Assembly: GCF_006345805.1 (NCBI RefSeq)
Contig: NC_042998.1
Location: forward strand, 73,470,001-73,534,000
Length of the DNA stretch: 64,000 nucleotides
Direction of reading: 5' to 3'
DNA from: Octopus sinensis
Lineage: Eukaryota
Shown: piece by piece, positions 53,064 through 64,000 of the stretch
Position numbering within the stretch: the first letter of the stretch is position 1
Layout: every line of letters begins with the position of its first letter
Notes under the pieces: model-generated
Databases searched by the model: none
The model's input: the letters and a program-made list of their open reading frames with translations, nothing else
What the model was told of the DNA's origin: nothing
Program-made: the position numbers and the translations under genes

Positions 53064-53169
53064 GTTATGTGTGTGTGTGTATGTATAGGTGTATATAAAA
53101 ATACATGCATACGGGTAAACTGGTTGGAAGCAGTTGGTTGAAATTAATGACGATGTTTCGGAATTCTGC

Positions 53170-54880
53170 AAGAACCAATGACACACAGGAGCAGTAACTG
53201 ATTACAACAATGAGGAGGAATCACGGATTAAAAACAGAAGCAATTATCTCCCAACTAAGAGTAGGAATAAAGCACTTGATTACTTCTGCGACCTTATCCA
53301 AAATTTCACAAATACTTTCCATAAACGAAAAATTAATTCAAACTTCAACAATTTAGAATGAAAAATCTAATTGAACTACAAAACGACAAAGAACAGACAA
53401 TTGAAGAAGCAGACAAAGGAAGTGTTGTAGTTCTGGTGGACACAAAATACTACCAAAAAAACTAGTATTATCCATGCTAGAAAACTATGCGTTCTACAAA
53501 AAGTTGTAAACGATAAACAACATATACACAATGAAAAATCTTGCACCTTTAATTCATCTACATGAAAAAGGCCTGACAAAAAAAGAAATAGATTATATCA
53601 CGAACTTTAAATGGAAACCTAGTCTTTTTTGCAGCCTACCTAAAATACACAAGAGCAAGATGGTTAATGAAGCCTGCAAACAAACGTCAGGCAAATACAT
53701 GAATATTTTACTGTCAGTAGATTTCAAGTTAAGACTCATTATAGCTGGCCAAGCCTGTGAAACCCAACGCCTAAGCAATTTTCTAGATATTATACTGAAA
53801 CCTCTGCTGAAATACGTCAAAAGTTTCATTAGAGACGACTTAGATATGCTTGAGATCCTACCAAAAACAACTAGTGAAGAGGCCTTATTGGCTTCCTTCG
53901 ATGTTATTAATCTTTACACCAGCATCCCACATGACTATGAAATTGAAGCACTAAAATTCTGGCAGGAAAAATATCCCGAAGAACTTCCGGAACGCATAAA
54001 CCAGTTTTTATTATTGAAACTTTAAAATTTATACTTCAGAACAATTATTTACGATACGACGGAATTACGACGGGAACGAAAGCATCACCTATTCTTACAA
54101 ACTTAATAATGGGATATTTTGAATTCTCCATATATGAAGTGTCACTGCAAAAGCATGGACATTTCACCATTATATAAGAGAAAACTGGAAAAGATGTCTG
54201 GATAACTACTTTATCATTTGGAATGAGACCATTGATAAACTTTTGGAATTAAAATCAATATTAAATTATATAAATCCTAACTTTCAATTTACAATGAAAT
54301 ATAGCAAAGAATAGCACCCTTTCTTGGCTATTATGATAAAAATGTCAACAACCAAATTGTAACTGATATTTATCATAAAGCAACGGACTCGAAAAAATAT
54401 CTTCTGTTTAGCTCAATTAAGCAAAAATGATGCGCACAATAGTGTCTGATGGAAATACCCGGGACCCTATCTTCAAGACCTCAGAACAACACTAACTGAA
54501 AGACAATATCCACCTTCACATATAGTCGAGGAAATTAAGCGAGTCAAGAAATTAGGCATTAAAGCACTAAGGGAAACATAACGTAGCACCACACCACATC
54601 TCAAAACACTACCACATATATAAAAGCACAACCCTAGAAACAATGAGGCATACAACACTGTTGTAAAAAATCTACCTATGCTCACTTGAGAACTAAAAAT
54701 GAGCAACATTCTGAAAACACATAAATTCATCAAATGCCAAAAGCAACACAAATAGCTGAAAAGATTTCTGACAAATGTGAAGCTTTACACAACAACCATG
54801 AAACTAATGGTTAAAATGTGAGCGTCCAAACTATCAAGATTCCTGTGAGTGAGCAAATAGAGAGATGTGCTGGTAATATC
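53170..54880 (+). mobile_element. Penelope-like element RT remnant (frameshifted)
   Basis: IEEADKGSVVV, LPKIHK, LRLIIAG, SFDVINLYTSIP, GTKASPILTNLIMGYFE, WKRCLDNYF, TDIYHKATDS and KCERPN are PLE RT and linker motifs. No GIY-YIG motif is visible. Confidence 0.85.
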
Positions 54881-55418
54881 CAACTAAACTTCAGTTATCC
54901 CCACGTACAAGTACAATGAAACAATTTCTGTACGTTTAAATAAAGAAAATTTATTTATCGAAAAATATTGAACGTATAACCAACTTTGACCTCAGAATAT
55001 ATATTAATTCGTGTTCACATACACATCAGTGTACATATTTCATCTCACTACTTTAACATTTGAGTTTTTCTATATTTATTACCGCACCTCCAAAACTGAG
55101 CAGTTACCTTCCCTGTTCCGAATAGTAACGATCACCAATTACCCCCTCCCCTGTTGATTCGTTTCATTCACAAACCTCCATACACAACATGAAATAAAAT
55201 CTTCTTAAGAAAATACCGAGATTGCAATAATTTCAATGTCATCATTTGCGAAAGTGAAACCGGTCGACAAACGATACTCTTTCGTTTATGAATCCACTTA
55301 TATTTAGAATTTTATTAAAACTACATAAACTGTGTGAATTTTACTTCTTTTATTTTATATGTATATTGTTTACATCTAATATATATATATAGTTCTAAAA
55401 TCTTTCTAAGTGGCTACG

Positions 55419-55485
<67 letters not shown>

Positions 55486-56801
55486 TATATATATATATGC
55501 TGATTGATATCATCTATACACACACGCACGCACAAATAGGCAAATTTTGTTGTGGAAACTTTCCTCAATACATACACAGTATCTCTGTACACACCCATAT
55601 GCACAAATACACACATACACACGCACATAGAGACATAGAGATATTGATATAAATATATAAATTTATATATATATGTATGTATGTATATGTATATATATAT
55701 ATGCACACACACAAACACCCACACGCGTACTTATATATTTATATATATATATAGATAGACACACATAATTCGTACTTATATATATATGTGTGTGTGTGTG
55801 TATGCGAGGGTACATCTATGTATGTTCAAATGTTTGCATGTACGTATGTATGAGCAGAGTAAATCGTACATAAATTTTATAGATAAACGCGCGCACACAC
55901 ACACACACACACACATACACACACACACACATGAGGGTGGTTTTTGTTTTCTTTTTGTTTATAACGTTTCATTTAATGCGTTGTTAGAGATTCAAAATAT
56001 TGTTAGAAATTTGTTAGGTTGTTTTCTATTGTTTTTGTTTTTGATTTTTTTGTTTTTTACTTGCTTATTTTTTATTTTGTTTTATTACATTTTCTCCTGA
56101 ATCATTGATTTATTGATCGAACAATTGGTGTTAGTATTCAGTATTTTCTGCAACATTATTTCTTTCTTGCTATTTCCATCGTTACGCTCTATTTCAGTCC
56201 ATACCCTTGGCAATGTAAATGAGCATTGATCTGAAACTAATTCCTACTGCTACATCAACGTGGTTAAAAACTGTTAGACATGGCCAACACTTGGACAATT
56301 GACAAATTTCGGAACATAGCTGAATGGCTTCTGAATATATCTGAAATTACCAAAGATATAATGTATACTTTCTATGTGTGTGTGATGAAAATAGATGATA
56401 TTTAATAAGTCCGATGCACTAAGAAACTGATAACTATACTCATACATTTTAAAATAACCTCTAAGTGGAGACTTAATAACATAGGCTCTAATACACTCAG
56501 TTGCTCTATAGTTACCAGTCAATTATTTCTAACCTTGAAATAATTATACTTCTAGGATTTCGTGTTTGTAATTATTAAATATTGCGCACGCCCTTTCGCA
56601 AATGCATACGCCAAAAAGTAATTTTCTTATAGATTATATCTAAAGGAAACCTTTGACATCTCAAACTGAAATTAATACGTAATAGCTTCCACTATTTTCA
56701 TTGTTATTAACATAATAAATAACCAACAGAGAAAGGTTAAATGCAGTGATCAACGGCAGGCTAATATTATTCTTTGGCCGAGTAAGAATGTTTTACTTAT
56801 T

Positions 56802-57238
56802 TTTCTTTCTCGAAAATACCTTTTTCTTTATTGCCCACAAGGGACTAAATATAGAGGAGACAAACAAGGACAGACAAATGAATTAAGTCGATTACATCGA
56901 CTTCAGTTCTTAACTGGTTCTCAATTTATCGACCCCGAAAGGATGAAAGGTGAAGTCGACCTCGGCGGAATTTGAACTCAGAACGTAACGGCAGACGAAA
57001 TACCTATATCTTTATTGCCCACAAGGGGCTAAACACACAGAGGACAAACAAGGACAGACAAACGGATTAAGTAGATTATATCGACCCCAGTGAGTAACTG
57101 GTACTTATTTAATCAATCCCGAAAGGATGAAAGGCAAAGTCGACCTCGGCAGAATTTGAACCCAGAACGTAACGGCAGACTAGATACTGCTAAGCATTTC
57201 GCCCGACGTGCTAACGCTTCTGCCAGCTCGCCGCCTTA
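56802..57238 (-). mobile_element. Head-to-tail SINE family A dimer
   Basis: The tail of the complete copy joins an internal position of a second copy through ggtatttc. The 12-bp repeat gttttacttatt flanks the pair (56790-56801 and 57239-57250). Confidence 0.85.
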
Positions 57239-57849
57239 GTTTTACTTATTAGACCTTATCAGAATGTTTTACTTATTAGACCTCCCCAAGAGAAATGTTT
57301 GCATTTGATGCACGTAAAGTTACCTGAAAACGCTCATTACTGATACCGTAAAGGTTTATCTCCTTATCAAGGAATTTCCAGCGGCTCTATTAATGCTATA
57401 ATTCACATTTTTTTAGCAATGGTATCACTTCTGCACAGTTAACCATTACTCATATCAGTATTTCCAACATTACGTTCATATTTTATTAAGAGGACTTTTT
57501 ATTGTATTTTCCATAAATATATGGCAATAAGAAAGAATATACCGAACAATTTGTTCCATGGTGGTAAACTAAATGCAACCTCGTTTCTCAGCAACAACAC
57601 CTAAAATTTTCCTATTGTAATTAAAAATGTTCTATTATCTACTAAATTATCTATTAAAACTGCTTTTTTTTATTTTCTTGGAAGTATTTAAGGTATTACA
57701 TTTCCCTTAGGACGATTGTATTTCCATGGGAAATAATTTTGATATCTAGTAGTGCGCTTCATGTAGCCCAGTTTTGAGGTATCTATACACACATATAAAC
57801 TTCGAATGTCTTTCACTTCGGACATAATAATAGACATATCATACACGAG

Positions 57850-58133
57850 TATGTATGTATGTATGTATAAATGTATGTATGTATGTATGTATGTATGTAT
57901 GTATGTATGTTTGTATGCATGTATGTATGTATGTATGTATGTATGTATGTATGTATGTATGTTTGTATGTTGTATGTATGTATGTATGTATGTATGTATG
58001 TATGTATGTTTGTATGCATGTATGTATGTATGTATGTATGTATGTATGTATGTATGTATGTTTGTATGTATGTATGTATGTATGTATGTATGTATGTATG
58101 TTTGTATGTTTGTATGTATGTATGTATGTATGT
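57850..58133. repeat. (TATG)n microsatellite
   Basis: Direct reading. Confidence 0.95.
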
Positions 58134-58816
58134 AATTAAGATTCAGTTGAATAAGGTTCTTAAATTGAGGCACCTTTCATCCAATTACAACCCCTTCCCC
58201 ATCTGGCATTCCCTTACGATTAACCCTACGTCCTACAATTTTGTGTAGATAAAGCTAGATATATGGTTCCAATACATTGAGAGTCTAGTAGATTGGCTAA
58301 CATTAATTGATTGATCACCATTAACTGGAATACAGTTGACAAATCCTAATGGATTTCATCCTAAATGATTGAAGACTACATCCTACATAAAGTCTTATAA
58401 ATGTAAGTAACTAGGTAATTACTCGTTTTATCCTAAACCCCACTATTTCCTCTCCTACTCTCCAAATTATTGTAGATTTAACATGGTATGCATTATTTTC
58501 TAAACTCATTCTGCAAGAGATAAGACAAATGAAACAATGCAAATATTTTGAATTCCATTATTGATGTGAATATGTTAAGGAAAGGGTTATGTTTTTTATG
58601 TTTGAAGTCTATGCGGTCATCTGACGAGAATGGTTTCTTTCAAATGATGTAATATTTTCATTAGTCAATTAAATCTTTGTAACTAATATACATATATATA
58701 TATATATTCCCTATTATATATATATATATAGTGAGTTGGGTACAGAAATTCAGGGTGAGTACTTGATAATTGTAAGCACCTGTATATACCGTTTGGTGGT
58801 GTAGGTGGTGGAGTAA

Positions 58817-59174
58817 ATTAATCAAAATAAAAACATGATGCCAAGGATTCAGCGGTACATATGTTTCGGGCCTTTATTAGACGGATTTATAACAATGCAT
58901 AATGTGTGTCTATGGCCTTCTTCAGCCGCGCACAATTACTACCCCAAGGACATGTATTACATCAAAAATTCTACGTTGGGGATGCAAATCCTCTCATTCG
59001 CGTACGACATAATGCGTCACCAGCACAAAAATGAAGCGTCCATCCCGTCCTTCTCTCAATGATGTAATACATGTCCTTGGGGTAGTAATTGTGCATTGTT
59101 ATAAATCCGTCTAATAAAGGCCCGAAACATATGTACCGCTGAATCCTTGGCATCATGTTTTTATTTTGATTAAT
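58817..59174. repeat. Inverted repeat (58817-58964 and 59060-59174); the right arm lacks 33 bp
   Basis: The arms are otherwise identical. The ORF track shows the same peptide with and without NVCLWPSSAAH. Confidence 0.95.
58852..58929 (-). ncRNA. Type I hammerhead ribozyme
   Basis: GCGG-CUGAAGA-A-GGCC-(41 nt)-GGCC-C-GAAA-CAUAUGU-A-CCGC. Canonical core, palindromic stem III ACAUAUGU, GUA site. Confidence 0.75.
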
Positions 59175-59187
59175 ATATATATATATA

Positions 59188-59388
59188 GGGAGAGTTTACG
59201 AAAAAAACAAAAGACGAAGACAGGTGGTGTACAAAACAAACAGATGTATTAGTATAACGCTCAAGAATAGAGAAAGTCTTTTACGTTTCGAGCCTACGCT
59301 CTTCTACAGAAAGGGACACAGAAAAAACAAGGAGAGAAACGAGGAGAGAAAAAATGTGTGTAGTGGCTAACGATCTATCATGGAGTCT
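59188..59388 (-). mobile_element. Short (TA)n-embedded repeat carrying a minimal HHR-like motif (59278-59313)
   Basis: CUUU-CUGUAGA-A-GAGC-guag-GCUC-GAAA-CGU-A-AAAG. Confidence 0.6.
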
Positions 59389-59399
59389 GATATATATGT

Positions 59400-59457
<58 letters not shown>

Positions 59458-60761
59458 AAATACATCAAGTATAGGACTAAATACATATAAAATACATCAA
59501 GTATAGGAAAAATGCGTAGATACACGAGCGATAAGTACAGGACAAACTGCTAAAAAATATACAATGTGAACAAGACATCACCAACGACTGAAAAATACGT
59601 AAACACATAATGAGAGATAAGAAGGAGACAAAATACCACAAGAAGTTTAGCCCTTCTCATTTGTCGACTGTTGATTACTCCCTATTTCGAGCTTTCAACG
59701 ACAATATAGGAAAACTTCATAAAACAGCATCATCCAGGAATTTTAAAAATTATATAATATAGTGTAATATATATAAACACACACACATATTCATGCGTGT
59801 GTGAGTATGTGTGAGTGTGTATTTAATATTGTTGACTAAAAATCCTATTTTATCAGTTGGATACAATGAACACAATGAAATGCATGGTTGTGTGTCTACA
59901 GATATTTATTTAATCAATAAGCGTTGGCCACTAAGCAAAATAGTGTAAACCATTTCATTTTGTTGATTAACTACATTAATAATACTAACCACATTAATAC
60001 TAATCTCATTAATGCTAACCCCGTTAACCCTCTCTCATTAACACTTAATTAATTAATTATTTAATTAATTTTGGAATTGTAACTTGACCCGAGATCGTGT
60101 GTTCATACTGAAACAATTATATCGTGGGAGAGCAGCATTAGCTATTCACCAACACACAGAGATAGCAATATTCACTTCTCTTTCGCTTCTTATTAATACA
60201 TTGTATTAAGAATTATCAAGCTGACACAATTCCACTGCAATAAATGATATTATAGAATGTTAATTTGTCTTACCTTCTCTAAGATGTAAGAGATCTTGCA
60301 AATTATTTTACATGTGAAATATGTGTAATATTTGATACCATGACTGCGTCACTTGGATATATAATGCAATTGTTATGGCTGACATTATGTTGGATAGTTT
60401 GATGAGTTCGACCCATCAAACTACTTGATGAAAATCTCCACTGCATTATGTAAAATAATCAACCGTGAGCACATGCATTATAGTGATTAGTGTGTTTGGC
60501 TCACAACCATTAGCCAGTGGGTTCGATTTTCAGACCAAGGCGTCGCTTTTCACCTTGAGTAAGGAACTGTGCTTCTTGTTGTTCGAGTAAAATAAATTCC
60601 AGCAGCATCTGGAGGTGTCAACCTGCTAGGGATCTGAACTAGGTTCAGGGACTTCAAATACTTTGAAAATGCGAAGAAGCTCTTGCCACGTAGGTCTCGA
60701 GAAAAGACAGAAAACGATATATTAGTGCTCATAATATATTTACATATTACTCATAAAGCTT

Positions 60762-60970
60762 TTCTACTCTAGGCACAAGGTCCGAAATTTGGGGGTAGGG
60801 GGCAGTCGATTAGATCGACCTAATATGAAACTGGTACTTAATTGATCCACCCCGAAAGGATGAAAGGCAAAGTCCAACTCGGCGGAATTTAAACTCAGAG
60901 CGTAAAAGACAGACGAAATACCGCTTAGTATTTCGCCCGACGTGCTAACGATTCTGCCAACTCGTCGCCT
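60762..60970 (-). mobile_element. SINE family A, near full length
   Basis: tttctactctaggcacaagg...cccgaaaggatgaaaggcaaagtc...ctgccaactcgtcgcct. Confidence 0.9.
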
Positions 60971-61619
60971 TATTACTCATTAATATATTTAAATCTCCAT
61001 ATATACATATTCACAGTATAGATATGAAACACAAGATGACAGATAAACGTATACAAACCTATTTGCCCTGCATCAACTAACTACGTATTACAAAATTGCC
61101 TTGCCAAACATTAAACACACAATATGGAGTCAGACATACTCCAAACATAGAACTAAGTTTAATATTATTGCTACTTCTAATGTTGGTACAAGAACTCACA
61201 ACAAAACATATCAAATGGCATATAAAATATTGGTTTTAAAGCTTCCATTCTTTGATATTAGCCAAATACTCCCTCACTTAGGAAGGTTGATTATAAGCAA
61301 TGCGTTCGCTGTAATAAATGCACCTGGTGCATTCTTTGTCCTTGTGACCTGGCCGAGATCAAAGGTAATGTTTAGCATAATATGAGGTTCAATAACGCAC
61401 GCATGCATAAATCCTGTATAGCACACATAGATACACTCACACATACACACAATCACATATACACAAACCCAGTCGCACACGCACAAACTCATATAGATAT
61501 AAATATATATATATTCACGTATATATGTATGTGTGTGTGTGCGTGTGTGTGTGTGTATGTGTGTACGTAATTATAATTTACATCTTATATGGCAAATATA
61601 TATACGTATGTCTATATCG

Positions 61620-61960
<341 letters not shown>

Positions 61961-62059
61961 GTTATGTCAATGACCGCAGGCCGCAGTATTATGATTGAAA
62001 TACATGTCCATACGTATGCCTGTTTAAGTGGGACAGCGTATGCATATGTTCATGAATGC

Positions 62060-62151
<92 letters not shown>

Positions 62152-62348
62152 GTGTGTTCGTGCGTGTGTGTGTGTGTGCGAGCGTGTGTGTATGTATGTT
62201 TGTATGTTCGTATATGTGTGCTATGTTTCTCCATATTTACTAATTAGAATTGGCAACATCCAACACAATACAACACATGTACACACATACACACACACAC
62301 ATGCACACATGCATACACACACACATAGATACATACACATATATATAT

Positions 62349-62379
<31 letters not shown>

Positions 62380-64000
62380 ATATATATATATATGTATGTA
62401 TGTATATTTATATGTCAATTCATAGACTAAGTCTTTATGTGTATGTGCAACACACACACACACACACACACACGCACATATATATGCACACACACTGAAA
62501 TATATACATATATATGTGTGTGTTTTTGTAAGTATGTATATGTGTGTTTGCGTATGTCGTGTGTTCATGTGCTTGTGTGTGCATGTGTGTGTGTGCGTGT
62601 GTAGGAACATGAGTTTTGTTATTCATGTAATTGTGTGTGTGCAATAGTTTGACGGAGTTAGGTCTGTATGCAATACGAATACGGTAACACATAAACTTTG
62701 GATATGCATCGTCTTTCATATATTTTGTTTCACCTGGTGTAAATGTTTCAGCCGCTTTTGCTGCCGTTACTTAAGTTCAGTCCACAAATATAAATTATAG
62801 AATTAATTTGAACCCAGGACACAGCATGATTGCTGTTGGCTGCAATTCAATCGACACACAGCGCCTCAATATAATAACTCGAAATACTGGAAATAGCACA
62901 CAATCCCCCTCAAATCACGCTTTCCTATCTTACAAGCAGACATACTGGATGAAGTACGCCTGAATATATTGTGCCTAGAAAACAAAATGTGCTGGTCATT
63001 GATGAATCACCTTTGAAGATCATATGCTTGCTTAATCAGGAATTACCTGTGGCTAACCAAAAACAAATTAGTCGTTCCACTATGCTGCAGAAAGAAGTTG
63101 CAGAAGAAGCATGATCGCTCTTTACCTTTAGCTACCCACATTGTGGCTCCTTACTTTTAGCTACTTATTTTTGGTTCATCACGTGATGGTCAAGTTTATT
63201 TAGGTTTACACAGACTATCCGCCCCTTAACGTGATAGACAAGTCTACCGTCTCTATTTAAGGAACGATTTTCCCGTTAATTCCTCAGGAAGGTGAGTTTG
63301 TTACGAGCTAGCTTTGATCTTCGATATGAGATCAGTTTTTTTTTACCAATTTGCAGTTTTCAGCAAGGTGAAATTTGTAACCAGAACCTTTGACGCTATG
63401 TTTTGTGTTTCTCCTAATATTTAACTTTATCTTTGAGAAACATTGTGAAATCATGTAAAGTTTTTAACAGAGTTCTGTATATAGTGCCAGTTGATGTATT
63501 CCTTTTAGTGACGGAAATAAATGTTGCACTGCAGCAAATTTTAACTAGACTTTGTATGTTCTTATTTATATTTATCCTGACTTATTTTAATCAAAATGTT
63601 TTAAATTATCAGCCTTTAAACCGCATTTTATACAACAATCAACTCGCTAAAAAGTTAACACCACCAGTGTTTCAGAGACGTAAGTGAAAAACTGCCATGT
63701 GCTAAATGACGTTCTTAAGAAATTATTAACTAATATTTACCTTTCTTTCCATTAGGGAAAACAAAACGATAATTTAGCTGAGAGACTAACTTATAAAAGG
63801 GGGACTTGAAAAAATTAATTGCTAATGTGTCAAGCCTTGCCTACGGGCATTAGCGATCATAGAGACTTCCGTGCCTCTCTGTTTTACACACGAGTTAGCA
63901 CGCTGTTGGGCTTCAAAATAACGCCAGCGAGTTAACCCATCAAGTAACTTGTTGCGGTTTCTTCCTTTTAATCTTCTAGACATAGATATAACTAGAAAAT

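Noticed and set aside
55235-55275. gaaaccggtc motif downstream of the PLE RT
   Set aside because: Only GAAA, stem III and a possible stem I remain; no core is recognisable.
59450-59510. Short tandem duplications (also 52840-52890 and 57239-57283)
   Set aside because: Ordinary slippage duplications; no CRISPR-like repeat-spacer arrays exist in the window.

Overview
AT-rich, microsatellite-dense eukaryotic DNA. The SINE families and the (TA)n/(CA)n/(GATA)n/(AAT)n load point to an octopus (coleoid cephalopod) intronic or intergenic region; this is inferred from recall of the repeats, not from a search. Almost all listed ORFs are simple-repeat artefacts. The coding remnants are transposable elements: a near-intact 5'-truncated CR1-like LINE (28.0-30.3 kb), CR1/L2-like fragments, R4/Dong-like RLE fragments in (AAT)n arrays, a Penelope-like RT remnant (53.2-54.9 kb), Chapaev-like and Tc1/mariner-like transposase remnants, and a possible Crypton remnant. 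One candidate host exon encodes a signal-peptide-like sequence (minus strand, 12.9-13.0 kb). The main unexplained signal is about a dozen type I hammerhead-ribozyme (HHR) motifs from several distinct sequence families, found by manual folding. They include (i) a tandem unit bracketed by two complete HHRs 497 nt apart, a retrozyme/circRNA architecture (5.1-6.0 kb); (ii) a lineage with a compensated U3-A8 core (UUGAWAA instead of CUGANGA), including a perfect spacer-less 436-bp palindrome (35.3-35.8 kb); and (iii) six inverted-repeat pairs in which HHR motifs or remnants always read outward. Ribozyme activity is not demonstrated.
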